From Patescibacteria group bacterium (GTDB lineage Bacteria; Patescibacteriota; Patescibacteriia; 2-02-FULL-49-11), in assembly GCA_040757655.1 (NCBI GenBank), contig JBFLWV010000058.1, positions 1 through 63,288 on the forward strand: a stretch of DNA of 63,288 bases, read 5' to 3'. Positions within the stretch are counted from its first letter, which is position 1. Every line of letters starts with the position of its first letter. The position numbers and the translations under genes are program-made. Positions 24,591 to 34,027 of this stretch are shown here, piece after piece. A model generated the notes under the pieces. That model saw only the letters and a program-made list of their open reading frames with translations, searched no databases and was not told where the DNA came from.

Positions 24591-26655
24591 ATCGTTGTTG
24601 GTGGCTTAAATAATCTCTCGCATTTGCTGCGAACGGCGTGGCATCGAAGCTAAAGGCTTCAAGGAATACCTGTTCTGAAGCTTTGAGTTGGCCTTGTTCG
24701 AGCAGTGCACTCGCGCGGGCATAGAGTAGGTCAGAGATGAAGTCATTATAATACATCTGGTTCTGAAAGCGATCCTCCTCAAGATTCCGTATCTGTGGTG
24801 TGAGGGTTGTGAGGTGCGCGCGTTGCGCAGTCTCTTTATTTGGGTAGACGCGATAGACAATACCATTCGAGCGGCTTATGAGGTCTCCATTGAGCCACGT
24901 GCCCACGGGGTAGAGGGTATAGATCGGCCGTTGCGTACGTTGTGCAATTTTCCAGATTCTGTTGAGGAGTCTCGCGCGCGCGACCGGGAAAGGGAGTTTC
25001 ATGATCTGCATGCTTTCCGTGCCCACGGGGTGGTAGAAGCGCGAGGAGAGATACCCATAATCCACAATTGCCACGTCAGGCCTTACTTTTTTAATAAGCG
25101 ACAGGTACGCGAGGGTGAACACACCGCTATCTGCTGCAGGTTGTTCCGTAAAGAGGAGAAGGATGGCATGAGGCGCAAGGCTTTGGAGGAGTGCAGTCCC
25201 CCAATCGTCCGTCAGCCATATATCGCTGCGGTCAGTACTACGAGCGAAACTTAAACCTTGGGCGCTGGGGAGAAACAGGAGAAACAGGATCGCCAAGGCT
25301 GCAACGAGCGGTTTGGGGGCGGTGCCTCTCTTAAGAAAATATTTTCGTATTTGGTGGATAATTTCTGCGATGCCAATAGCCGTCCACACAAATGCCATGA
25401 GAAATGAGGAGATATAGTAGACCGTATAGATTTCTTCACTCTCTACAATATATCCCAAACGCCGGAGGATAATAATGAGGACGCTGTTTGAAAAAAATAC
25501 GCCGAGGGTGAGGAGCAGGAAGGATCGTTTGCGGAGCCACAGCGTGATAAAACCACAGAGCGATAGGAGTGCGCCAACGGGATTGAGTTGTTTAAGAAGG
25601 TCAGTGAAAAAATAGTGGACATAAATTATTTTTTTATGTTTCCATGTATCTTCGATCAGGTTGGCAGTGAAATCATTATATGATTTGCGGGAGATGTGGT
25701 GCCAGAATTCGGCGAGCGTATCAGGATGGTTCCAGTTGATGAGCGGATCGCTCCACGCGCGGAAGAGAATAAAGAGATAAAGCGAGAGGCCAAGAAAGAA
25801 AAAAAGGAGGGCGATGGGATAGGGGTGGATATTGGTATACCAATGATGCGACCGTGTCTGTGTTTGTGTGGGTATTGATTCATTGCGCGTCCACCAGCGA
25901 TTACGTTTCCAATCTATGCAGAGGATGAAGATAAGATAGACGGGCGCGACGAGAATCATCATTTGATGATTGGTAATAGAGAGGCCACAGAGGAAGGAAA
26001 AGCACAAAAGTGTTGCGTGGGAGGGTGTCTGCGCGTAACGCCAGAGAAGGATGAGCGTGGCGATGAGCAGTGCGGCGTTCAGGGTATAGACTTCTGCAAT
26101 GATGGCCTGCGACCAAAAGACAGGGGAAAAGGCGAAGAAAAGGGAGAGGGAGAGGGCAACGAGATAGGTGCTCGTGGTAGCTACACGAAAAGACACGGTT
26201 GACTTCCCCTGCGAGGAAGTCACCGCTCGGCTCTCGGTTTCGCTCTCCCCCGATATGATCGGGGGATCCATGCCCGCGAAGCCTCCGAGATGCTTTTCGA
26301 TGTGGCTACCACTCGCTGACAGTCGTTGTGTGGGAAAGAGAGAAGAGAGGATATTGATAAGGAGTAGTGAGAGCAAAGAGACAGTGATGCTTGCGCAAAA
26401 GGCGGAGAAGAGATTGACGCGCCAGGCAATGTCGCCAAAAGGGATAATGAGCGTAAAAAGTTTTCCGAGCACAACGTAGAGAGGATAGCCAGAGGGGTGG
26501 GCGATACCGAGACTCGCCACCGCCGCGATGAATTCTCCTGAATCCTCTAGTCCCACCGTGGGCGAGAGGGTGAAGAGATAGACGGTGAAGCTTATTACAA
26601 ACGTTAAGATAGTGACGAGGAATGCAGGACGGAGTTTAATAGAAAGCAGGTGCAT
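24544..26655 (-). CDS. DUF2723/TMEM260-like GT-C membrane glycosyltransferase with C-terminal TPR-like region
   Basis: VGLEDSGEFIAAVASLGIAHPSGYPLY is the DUF2723 signature. Many TM segments. Confidence 0.7.
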   Translation of the reverse strand: MHLLSIKLRPAFLVTILTFVISFTVYLFTLSPTVGLEDSGEFIAAVASLGIAHPSGYPLYVVLGKLFTLIIPFGDIAWRVNLFSAFCASITVSLLSLLLINILSSLFPTQRLSASGSHIEKHLGGFAGMDPPIISGESETESRAVTSSQGKSTVSFRVATTSTYLVALSLSLFFAFSPVFWSQAIIAEVYTLNAALLIATLILLWRYAQTPSHATLLCFSFLCGLSITNHQMMILVAPVYLIFILCIDWKRNRWWTRNESIPTQTQTRSHHWYTNIHPYPIALLFFFLGLSLYLFILFRAWSDPLINWNHPDTLAEFWHHISRKSYNDFTANLIEDTWKHKKIIYVHYFFTDLLKQLNPVGALLSLCGFITLWLRKRSFLLLTLGVFFSNSVLIIILRRLGYIVESEEIYTVYYISSFLMAFVWTAIGIAEIIHQIRKYFLKRGTAPKPLVAALAILFLLFLPSAQGLSFARSTDRSDIWLTDDWGTALLQSLAPHAILLLFTEQPAADSGVFTLAYLSLIKKVRPDVAIVDYGYLSSRFYHPVGTESMQIMKLPFPVARARLLNRIWKIAQRTQRPIYTLYPVGTWLNGDLISRSNGIVYRVYPNKETAQRAHLTTLTPQIRNLEEDRFQNQMYYNDFISDLLYARASALLEQGQLKASEQVFLEAFSFDATPFAANARDYLSHQQRWLELKKPQTPMSKTQ

Positions 26656-26666
26656 ACAACGTTATG

Positions 26667-26766
26667 AATCCAAAAGCCAAAATGCAAATATCAAAATGAA
26701 AATGAAAAATTTTTAAATTATAGTTTATCATTCTGGGTTTTGGATTTTGGATTTTACATTTGCATG
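26667..26766. repeat. CCAAAAN simple inverted repeat between DUF2723 and YfhO-like genes
   Basis: AATCCAAAAGCCAAAATGCAAATATCAAAATGAAAATG...TTCTGGGTTTTGGATTTTGGATTTTACATTTGCAT. Confidence 0.75.
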
Positions 26767-29082
26767 AGCAGTGAGCCATCTTCTGTGAAGTAATTGAATT
26801 GTGAGGAGTATTATCATTAACCACCCAATTCCAGAAATCATCGCTCCCCAGAAGAAGGTTTTTGATTGGAATTGAAACCGCACGGTGTGTTCGCCTTTTG
26901 GCACCACGATGCCCTGGAATGCGAGGTTCACTGGAATGATCTGCGTGTCATTTCCATCAATGGTCGCGCGCCAGCCCGGGTACCATGATTCATTGAGCAC
27001 GAGGAGCGCCGAGCCGTCGGTAGAGGTGCGGACGGTATAAGAGCCCTCCTCGGATGAAGTGATAGCAGCATGTGATTGCACCGCATTGAGAGAGGGAAGC
27101 GTGGTATATTCCACGATCGCGTTAGCTGCTTGGTAGTCACTCTGCATGAGCGTGGCTGCTGCCTCATCCTTTGAGGACACCGTGACGGCATTGGTCGTGA
27201 GATATACCTTGGGTTGTGCTATGGTCAATTCATAGAGATATACAGAAGCGCTCGCATCATTGATTGTCATGCGTGCTGCTTCGTTCATGAGTAAGGAGTT
27301 TAGGGGTACGGGCGAGAGAATGTATTTTACATTCGCGAGCCCTAGAAGCTTGATAGTATCATCCTTCAGGTGATAGGCATCAAAGGAAGGAGGAGATCCT
27401 TTGGCTATAACGGAATCGAACATGTTGGTATGGGTAATGGAATAATAGGAATTACTGCGCCCAAGCGGGAGCGGCGAGTAGTCAGGCAGCGATTCTATGC
27501 GGTAAAACAGGCTATAATCAGGCGGGAGCAGCTCACGCACGAGGGTGAGCCAACGCAAATCGTTTTGCCACCCTCCCCGCAGAGAGATGAGCTGCTGATA
27601 ATATTGTCCTGTGAAAAACGTGGTGAAACGGTATTCGTTATGTTGGTTGAGATACGTAGCTGCGTGAGGCGCACTCTCCCATGTCTTAATTTTCAGTTTG
27701 TTCATGGCGTTATAGTGGTAGCCAAATACCATTAAGTCGAAGAAGGCGATACCCAACAGCGTTATTCCTAAGAGGGTGATGACCGTTTTTGGAAAAATTA
27801 TTTTCCTTGCGCGTAGGAGGAGATCGACCAGCTGTTGGAACGCGTAACCCGCGAGGATGGCAAGCGAAAAATCAACCCACAGGAGGTGTCTCCCGGGAAC
27901 ACGAAATGAAGAAAATCCCGGGATCCATTTAAAACTCCATGCATACAGCGGAGAGTATTTCCCAAGGACAAGAGCAATTGCGAATAGAAGCGCGCATAAC
28001 CAAACCAGATAATACCATGCCCTTTTTCGGACCATGAAAGGGAGTGCGACAATGGATAAGAGTAAGGGGATAAGCCCTAGGTAGCCGATATTTTCCCAGA
28101 AGAGGCCTACGCGATCCGTGAGCTCGTTCCAGTTTTCTGTATAGGTGAGGTATGCCGGATTGCCAAATTCAAAGGGTTCAATAAAGGTAAGAAGATTCTT
28201 GGGATGAAAGGGGAATGTAGTTGCAAATGAGTATGAGGAGGCGAGTTCGCGCGTGGAATGATGCGCCAACTCCCACGTTGGCAAAACTTGCACGGCCGAG
28301 AGCGTGACAAAGGTGAGGGCAGTAAGGAGCGCGAATGTCCCCCAGGTTTTAATGAGCGATAATCCTTGAGTGAGTCGTTCTTTCCATGAAGGTGAAGTGA
28401 TGGCTCTCTGGTAGTAGGTGCCAATACAATAAAGGATGGTGGTGAGGACGAGAAAAAGTATGGATTGATACACAACTTGTGATGAGCCTGCAAAGAGCAT
28501 AGATGTGAGCGTTACCCCGAGCATGAGTGCATACTTGAGAGAATGTGTTATACGGAAGCGGGACACACACACAAATGCGAGGGGGGTGAGCGATGCAGAC
28601 ATGAAATAGATCACATGCTTCAGGTGCCCCACGAAGTAACCGCTAAAGGCAAAGGTGATGCCTGCGAGTGTTGCCCCCCATGATTTTATGCCTATGGTGC
28701 GACAGTACCAGTACATCCCCATGGCCGCGATCAGCGCATGCAACGGGAATAATGCGACAAATGCTTTCAAGGGGGGAAGGAAGAGAAAAGGTATCTGTGT
28801 GAGCGGATAAAAAAAAGAACTCGCGCCATTGGCAAACAAAGGATATCCTCCTCCCACCCGTGAGGTCCATAAGGGGAGAGATAAATCTTTGAGTTTTTCT
28901 GAAGAGTAGGCGAGGTAAGGGAAGTGTACTTGGAGGAGGTCAGTACCTGCCGGATCGCCGGAATAAGGGATTGCCTGCATTGTCACCTGCGGCCAATAGT
29001 AAATAATTACAGTAAAGAATATGAAGAGTACGGGGAAATAACGATATATCCTTTCTCTATGATTGATAAACATTCGAAGCAT
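26728..29082 (-). CDS. YfhO-like polytopic membrane protein (putative GT-C glycosyltransferase)
   Basis: ~785 aa with a multi-TM N-terminal two thirds and a beta-rich C-terminal domain plus a final TM, which is the YfhO layout. ATG at 29082 chosen over the Arg-rich TTG extension. Confidence 0.55.
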   Translation of the reverse strand: MLRMFINHRERIYRYFPVLFIFFTVIIYYWPQVTMQAIPYSGDPAGTDLLQVHFPYLAYSSEKLKDLSLPLWTSRVGGGYPLFANGASSFFYPLTQIPFLFLPPLKAFVALFPLHALIAAMGMYWYCRTIGIKSWGATLAGITFAFSGYFVGHLKHVIYFMSASLTPLAFVCVSRFRITHSLKYALMLGVTLTSMLFAGSSQVVYQSILFLVLTTILYCIGTYYQRAITSPSWKERLTQGLSLIKTWGTFALLTALTFVTLSAVQVLPTWELAHHSTRELASSYSFATTFPFHPKNLLTFIEPFEFGNPAYLTYTENWNELTDRVGLFWENIGYLGLIPLLLSIVALPFMVRKRAWYYLVWLCALLFAIALVLGKYSPLYAWSFKWIPGFSSFRVPGRHLLWVDFSLAILAGYAFQQLVDLLLRARKIIFPKTVITLLGITLLGIAFFDLMVFGYHYNAMNKLKIKTWESAPHAATYLNQHNEYRFTTFFTGQYYQQLISLRGGWQNDLRWLTLVRELLPPDYSLFYRIESLPDYSPLPLGRSNSYYSITHTNMFDSVIAKGSPPSFDAYHLKDDTIKLLGLANVKYILSPVPLNSLLMNEAARMTINDASASVYLYELTIAQPKVYLTTNAVTVSSKDEAAATLMQSDYQAANAIVEYTTLPSLNAVQSHAAITSSEEGSYTVRTSTDGSALLVLNESWYPGWRATIDGNDTQIIPVNLAFQGIVVPKGEHTVRFQFQSKTFFWGAMISGIGWLMIILLTIQLLHRRWLTAHANVKSKIQNPE

Positions 29083-29302
29083 AGGAGGTAGGTATAGAGG
29101 AGCACTTTTAGAAATATGATATCTACGCCGCGGGTGCCGCCTTCCAAGCTTTCGGAACTCGCTCCTCCGCAATTGCGGGGTCGCTCAAACAGTCCTCGCG
29201 GCGAAATGCGGCACACCGCGGCTATTATACGTTTAAAGTATTTTGTCTATAGGAAGAAGTGGGTTTCGTGTCGAGAACGTGGTGAGAAAAGGGATGACGT
29301 CA

Positions 29303-29336
29303 AATCATCGATCGAGGATTTTGCGTCTCACAATGG
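29303..29336 (+). promoter_or_regulatory. AATCATCGATCGA-motif copy 1 (just 3' of the PaaX-like gene)
   Basis: AATCATCGATCGAGGATTTTGCGTCTCACAATGG. Confidence 0.6.
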
Positions 29337-29340
29337 AGAA

Positions 29341-29895
29341 CTAGAGAAGGCGGAAGTGGTGTGCAAGTTCTTCCATGCCATCAAAGTATTCGAGTCGGAG
29401 GAAGCGCACAAAGCGTCCAACAGCATAATAATCAGCAATAGCGTTTATCTCATCCTGACACTCGTAGGGATAAATCCACACACTCAAGTTGAGGTAATGG
29501 AATCCTAACTGTTTCAATTTCCACCGCAGAGCATTTCTCGCTTTATTGAAATTTTCCGGAATATCAAAAATCACCATCCGCCATTTTCTATCCCACGAGG
29601 GAGGCTTTGGGATGGTGAGTTGTGCGATATGTTTCTTCTGGAGGAGTTTTTCACCCTTTTCGGTGAGGATATAATTCCATTCTGATCGTTTACTTGCACG
29701 GCGTATGCAGTTCCGGCGTTCAAGGTGTTTCAGTGAACGCTTCACGCGATCACGGGGGAATCGATGCGCATGGCCGTTGATGTCGAGAATTTGTACGATA
29801 TTGGGAGCAACAAGGGCAACCGTAAGGAGCGCGCCTGCGCCGAGGATGGGGAGTATGACATTACTGATGGTATCTTTTATTTTTTTCTGATCCAT
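29341..29895 (-). CDS. PaaX-like regulator with wHTH and Cas2-like central domain, N-terminal hydrophobic segment
   Basis: WDRKWRMVIFDIPENFNKARNALRWKLKQLGFHYLNLSVWIYP is the PaaX central/Cas2-like pattern. It is preceded by a wHTH-like KHLERRNCIRR...YILTEKG. Confidence 0.6.
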   Translation of the reverse strand: MDQKKIKDTISNVILPILGAGALLTVALVAPNIVQILDINGHAHRFPRDRVKRSLKHLERRNCIRRASKRSEWNYILTEKGEKLLQKKHIAQLTIPKPPSWDRKWRMVIFDIPENFNKARNALRWKLKQLGFHYLNLSVWIYPYECQDEINAIADYYAVGRFVRFLRLEYFDGMEELAHHFRLL

Positions 29896-29947
29896 AATTT
29901 ATTCACAGCTAAAATTATTATATCAATAATCGTTATCTCTGACCACT

Positions 29948-29977
29948 AATCATCGATCGACAATATTATGTCATTGG
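29948..29977 (+). promoter_or_regulatory. AATCATCGATCGA-motif copy 2 (~50 bp upstream of the PaaX-like start)
   Basis: AATCATCGATCGACAATATTATGTCATTGG, followed by a G/T-rich tract. Confidence 0.6.
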
Positions 29978-30024
29978 AGTGAACGGTGATGGTACTGATG
30001 GTAGTATTTAGGTATGAGATATAG

Positions 30025-30057
30025 AATCATCGGTCGAAGATTTTGTATTAGATCATT
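30025..30057 (+). promoter_or_regulatory. AATCATCGATCGA-motif copy 3 (degenerate)
   Basis: AATCATCGGTCGAAGATTTTGTATTAGATCATT. Confidence 0.5.
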
Positions 30058-30221
30058 ACTACTACAACCCAGTGCCGTATCTCTTTGATATCCCATAGTC
30101 AGGCATGATGGTTTCCCTAGATTTATAATGATAATTTCAGTGACACTTCACTATGGGGCACTAACGAGATACGGTACAAGTGATGAGCGGTAATAAACAG
30201 CGGGTGCGGGAACGGACGTTT

Positions 30222-30252
30222 AATCATCGATCGAGAATTATACGTCACTTGG
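30222..30252 (+). promoter_or_regulatory. AATCATCGATCGA-motif copy 4
   Basis: AATCATCGATCGAGAATTATACGTCACTTGG, followed by a G/T-rich tract. Confidence 0.6.
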
Positions 30253-30428
30253 TTTGAGGTGATGAATGTGGGTAGTGGGCGGATGGTGGTAAGGGCGCTT
30301 AAAAAAATTACATCTCACTTCTCTTCAGGGTATACGCTTATTTTCTCGATAAACAAGATAGATGGCTGGATATGTTATTTTTTTACGGCGTCTAAGAGGA
30401 GGAAACAAAAGGAGGAAAAATGATGCAT

Positions 30429-30466
30429 AAAAACAGGCAAGGTCTCCTTAGTCCCTGCCTTTTTTA
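30429..30466 (-). terminator. intrinsic terminator of the receiver-domain gene
   Basis: Stem AGGCAAGG/CCCTGCCT immediately after the stop at 30469, followed on the minus strand by a T5 run. Confidence 0.7.
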
Positions 30467-30468
30467 GA

Positions 30469-30834
30469 TTACTTTTTTTCCAGCAATTTATTGACAGTGT
30501 CAATCAGCCGCTTGGACCAAAAAGGTTTTGTCATAAACTCATTAGCGCCAGCCTTGACCGCCTTATTGGCGATATCCACGCTGCCAAAGCCGGTAGTGGC
30601 GATGATCCGCATATCTGGGGCCATGCTGCGCAGCTTTTCGATGACGTCCAAACCATTGAGATCGCCGGGCAGTACTAAATCCACCAGTGCTAGATCGTAG
30701 TCGTTGCACTCGGCATCCTCCAAGGCCTCATCGCCGTATTTGGCTGTATCCACAATATAACCTTCGATGCGCAGCATATCTGCTGACAAATCGCGAATTT
30801 CCTGCTCATTATCGACAACTAGGATCCGTGCCAT
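30469..30834 (-). CDS. stand-alone response-regulator receiver domain (CheY-like)
   Basis: ILVVDNE...DLALVDLVLPG...ATTGF...MTKPF carries the receiver Asp/Thr/Lys residues. 121 aa with no output domain. Confidence 0.85.
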   Translation of the reverse strand: MARILVVDNEQEIRDLSADMLRIEGYIVDTAKYGDEALEDAECNDYDLALVDLVLPGDLNGLDVIEKLRSMAPDMRIIATTGFGSVDIANKAVKAGANEFMTKPFWSKRLIDTVNKLLEKK

Positions 30835-30853
30835 GTCTTCCTCCTTACAAAAT

Positions 30854-31540
30854 TCAAAATGACTCTACCATCTTGGCCGTGATGCTATCCAGGACCAAGA
30901 TTTCTTGTGCGAATCCAATGTGTGAGCTCGCCGTAATACCGAAGGGTGAACGGTTAAGATACGGCGACTGGCATTGCTTGCCGAGATGCTCGAGAATAAG
31001 GTGTAGCCCGACAAGGTGAGAAGGGACAATCCCTCCTTGCGCCATCGGTACAAGATCCATCGCTTCTTGCGCAGAAAACCACCGGCCTTGTTCCTTCGAT
31101 TTTGGCTCGCCATCCACTGTGCAAAGAAAGAGCATGCAGAGTAAATCTGCCCTTGCACTGTATAAAGGATGGATTGTTTTGATGAGCTGGCAACTCGTTA
31201 GTTCGACGCCGATCTCCTTAGCAACGACTCGGCGAATTGCTTTAAGCTCATACTCCTCCCATAACTCAACCCCGCCGGGATAATGCCACATTCCATTGAA
31301 GGGATCGTCACCCGGTACCTCACGAAGGGTGAGCCAGAAGAAGGGAACCCCTTCCTCCTTTTTGTATACAATGACCTCGGTTGACGTTCCCGGCCTCAAC
31401 CGAATAAGACCGTTGAATAGTGGGAGCGGGAGATAGCCATTGTGGTTATCCCGCCATTTTTTCATCCACTCGATCGCGGCCTCACATACCGCGATTGCAT
31501 CTTCTTCCTTAGCGAACAGTTTTTGTGTTTTCATTTCCAC
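30854..31540 (-). CDS. NUDIX-fold protein with degenerate Nudix box
   Basis: GGVELWEEYELKAIRRVVAKEIGV approximates Gx5Ex7REUxEExGU, but REvvKE replaces RExxEE. Confidence 0.5.
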   Translation of the reverse strand: MEMKTQKLFAKEEDAIAVCEAAIEWMKKWRDNHNGYLPLPLFNGLIRLRPGTSTEVIVYKKEEGVPFFWLTLREVPGDDPFNGMWHYPGGVELWEEYELKAIRRVVAKEIGVELTSCQLIKTIHPLYSARADLLCMLFLCTVDGEPKSKEQGRWFSAQEAMDLVPMAQGGIVPSHLVGLHLILEHLGKQCQSPYLNRSPFGITASSHIGFAQEILVLDSITAKMVESF

Positions 31541-31606
31541 CTCTCCGTAATAAAATCGAACGAAATATCCGATCCCTTAGGATTTTAGGATCGGGGTGAA
31601 TTTTGG

Positions 31607-32113
31607 CTACCGTTTTGGCTTGCGGTAGCCGATGCCGTGGAGTCCGATGGTCGCCAGGACGGAATAGGCCATTAGCCTTAACGGTCCACGGGTCCACCAA
31701 CCGTCGGAGTTCCGATCGAACGGCACCCAGCCGGTGGGAACGATTTCCACATCGAATCCTTTGCGCCGCAGAAGCCGGGCACAGTAGAAGCGGTGGAATG
31801 GGTGCGCAACGAGACGGACTTCAGTGACTCCTTTCTCTTGAAGGAAGGAGTTAGCCCACCCGATTACCTCCTCCGTGTCGATATATCCTCTGGAGGAGAT
31901 GGTGAGGTCCTCCAGCGTTAAGATGCATTGATCCAATGGTGACTGGATCACGACGAGATCTTCCACCCATTGCCATGCAACCTCGTCAATAATTTTTCCA
32001 AGAGCTTCATTGGCCGCGCCAGGGCCATACTCAAGGGAACCCCCGAATGGAAAACCAATTATTGCTTTCACTTTTTTCCCTTTCGTTTTATGAATAGTTT
32101 TATGAATTGTCAA
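31607..32113 (-). CDS. DUF218/YdcF-like protein
   Basis: YIDTEEVIGWANSFLQEKGVTEVRLVAHPFHRFYCARLLRRKGFDV resembles the DUF218 core. The ORF starts with TTG at 32113; a GTG at 32071 with an upstream AAAGGGA is an alternative start. Confidence 0.45.
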   Translation of the reverse strand: MTIHKTIHKTKGKKVKAIIGFPFGGSLEYGPGAANEALGKIIDEVAWQWVEDLVVIQSPLDQCILTLEDLTISSRGYIDTEEVIGWANSFLQEKGVTEVRLVAHPFHRFYCARLLRRKGFDVEIVPTGWVPFDRNSDGWWTRGPLRLMAYSVLATIGLHGIGYRKPKR

Positions 32114-32196
32114 AGAGCACTATTACCCTAGTGCAGAGAGAGAGAGGAGTCAATGGGGATAAAGGGAATAATGATTGTGATTTCGACACCCTCACC

Positions 32197-32280
32197 CTCG
32201 CCTCCTGACACCAGGAGGCGAGCCTCTCCCTTTTTAGGGAGAGGGACGCGGCAAAAATAAAACCCTCCTTGAGTGGAGGG
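32197..32280 (-). terminator. three consecutive GC-rich hairpins downstream of the GT2 gene
   Basis: CCCTCC-ttgagt-GGAGGG (32263-32280, followed by a T-rich run on the minus strand), CCTCTCCCT-tttt-AGGGAGAGG (32223-32244), and CTCGCCTCCTG-acac-CAGGAGGCGAG (32197-32222). Confidence 0.65.
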
Positions 32281-32307
32281 TGATGACGGGATTGCTAGAT
32301 TTAGTAA

Positions 32308-33267
32308 TCAAAGAGAAGTGGGATTCTTCCTATGATTGTTGATGATCTCGCGGGTGATGGAGCGGGGACGCTGTTTCACTTCCTCGAAAATTTTTGCGAG
32401 ATACTCGGCGATGACTCCAAGGGAGAGGAGCTGGATCGCGCCAAGGAAGAGGATGACGATAAGGGTGGTCAAAAATCCGTGCGGTGCAGGATAGAAAAAT
32501 GCGAGAATCACATAGATAAGGATTGCGAGCCCGGCAAATCCTGTCACCACCAGCGCGATAAAGGAAATCCATTCCAAGGGCAGGTAGGAAAACGAGAAGA
32601 TCGCGCGTTTTGCCCAGCGCAGGTTTTTCCAAAAGCTATTAGTTGATTTTCCCCAATAGCGTTCTGGCCGTACGTACTCTGTGCCAGTTTGTTTAAACCC
32701 TACCCATGCACGCAGTCCCCGCAAGAGCCGGTCGCGCTCTGGCAGTGCATTCATCCAGTCCACTGCCCTGCGGTCAATAAGGGAAAATTCTCCCGCATCT
32801 ACGGGCACTTTCATGTAGGAGAGTTTGTTAAAGAGGACATAGAACTGGTGATAGAGCCATTCATTGATTCTTCCCATACTTTGTTCGCGACGGCGACGCA
32901 CGCCATAAACCACTTCCCAACCTTGAAGCCATTTCTCAACAAACTGCGGGATGATTTCAGGAGGGTCCTGCAGGTCGCCGTCTAAAAGAATGACCGCATC
33001 GCCCAGCGCTTGTACCATACCGGCCGTGAATGCTGCTTGCGCACCAAAGTTGCGTGATTGGATAATCACCGTAAGGTGAGAGTCATATGAGGCAAGCTCG
33101 CGTAGGATTGATTCAGAGTTATCAGGGCTTGCGTCATTCACGTAAATAATTTCCCAGTTCGGCGTGATGTTCGCAAGTGTCCGGGAGAGCCGCTCGTAGA
33201 GTGCTTTAATATTTCCTTCGTCACGGTAGCATACGACTACGGTGGAGAGCATTTTGTCGGTAAGCAT
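32308..33267 (-). CDS. family 2 glycosyltransferase (polyprenyl-phosphate sugar transferase type, two C-terminal TM)
   Basis: VVCYRDEGNI...IIYVNDASPDNS...LLDGDLQDPPE, plus a C-terminal TM pair as in DPM1/ArnC-like enzymes. Confidence 0.85.
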   Translation of the reverse strand: MLTDKMLSTVVVCYRDEGNIKALYERLSRTLANITPNWEIIYVNDASPDNSESILRELASYDSHLTVIIQSRNFGAQAAFTAGMVQALGDAVILLDGDLQDPPEIIPQFVEKWLQGWEVVYGVRRRREQSMGRINEWLYHQFYVLFNKLSYMKVPVDAGEFSLIDRRAVDWMNALPERDRLLRGLRAWVGFKQTGTEYVRPERYWGKSTNSFWKNLRWAKRAIFSFSYLPLEWISFIALVVTGFAGLAILIYVILAFFYPAPHGFLTTLIVILFLGAIQLLSLGVIAEYLAKIFEEVKQRPRSITREIINNHRKNPTSL

Positions 33268-33298
33268 ATAAATAGGGAACCAATTGTAGTTCTCCTTG

Positions 33299-34006
33299 TT
33301 ATAATTTAATCACGACACATTGGCTTGTGGCTAATTCTATGATAGTTTCGTCTTTGTCAGAGAAGAAATCCTGAAAGGCCGCTTTCACTCCAATAATATC
33401 ATTATAATCATGGGAGAGAATTATGCCACCTCTCACCATTCTCGGATAGAAAAAGGAGAGGCAATCCAACATTGTCTTGTAAATGTCAACATCCAAGTGG
33501 ACAAACGCGAATGAAGAGTTATTCACAAGATTCGCAATAGCATCGGGAAATATTCCTTTATAGATTTTAACGTTTTTATAAGGAGATAAGCGGCGTTGTA
33601 CCATTTCATAGTTTGAAGCATATTGTCCTGCCGCTATAAGAGCATCATGTGCTGTTATTTTCTGTTTTGGGAGCCCTTCAAAGGTGTCAAAGAGAAGTAG
33701 ATTTTTTTCTCCTTTTGCCTCGCAGATTAGTTGAGCTGAGGCGCCTTCAAATACTCCCACCTCTGCATAATCTCCAGGAAGTTTTCGCGCCGCAACGGCG
33801 CATGCCAAGAGTTGATAGGCTTCGAAATTCGTGAGGAGCAAGGTGGTGTGGCGGCGGATTTTTTTTATGATCTGGATCATTTGAGGATTTTTATAGTAGG
33901 AGAGAAGAAATAATTCGTAGAGATTCGGAGGAATGCGAATGAGATCCGCAATTTTTTTCGCAATGGGATTTTTCGCGTTCATGAGCTGGCGGAGCAGTTT
34001 TTTCAT
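33299..34006 (-). CDS. TylF/macrocin-O-methyltransferase-family SAM methyltransferase
   Basis: GDYAEVGVFEGAS, FDTFEGLP, HLDVDIYKTMLDCLSFFYPRMVRGGIILSHDY. Confidence 0.7.
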   Translation of the reverse strand: MKKLLRQLMNAKNPIAKKIADLIRIPPNLYELFLLSYYKNPQMIQIIKKIRRHTTLLLTNFEAYQLLACAVAARKLPGDYAEVGVFEGASAQLICEAKGEKNLLLFDTFEGLPKQKITAHDALIAAGQYASNYEMVQRRLSPYKNVKIYKGIFPDAIANLVNNSSFAFVHLDVDIYKTMLDCLSFFYPRMVRGGIILSHDYNDIIGVKAAFQDFFSDKDETIIELATSQCVVIKL

Positions 34007-34027
34007 AGAGGTGATAGGGAATGGGCG

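Noticed and set aside
29303-30252. Possible degenerate CRISPR array next to a Cas2-like-domain gene
   Set aside because: There are only four copies. Spacings are irregular (about 645, 77 and 197 bp between starts), the repeats are only ~60-70 percent identical, one interval contains a whole gene, and no cas genes are nearby. The Cas2-like fold is the known central domain of PaaX-type regulators.
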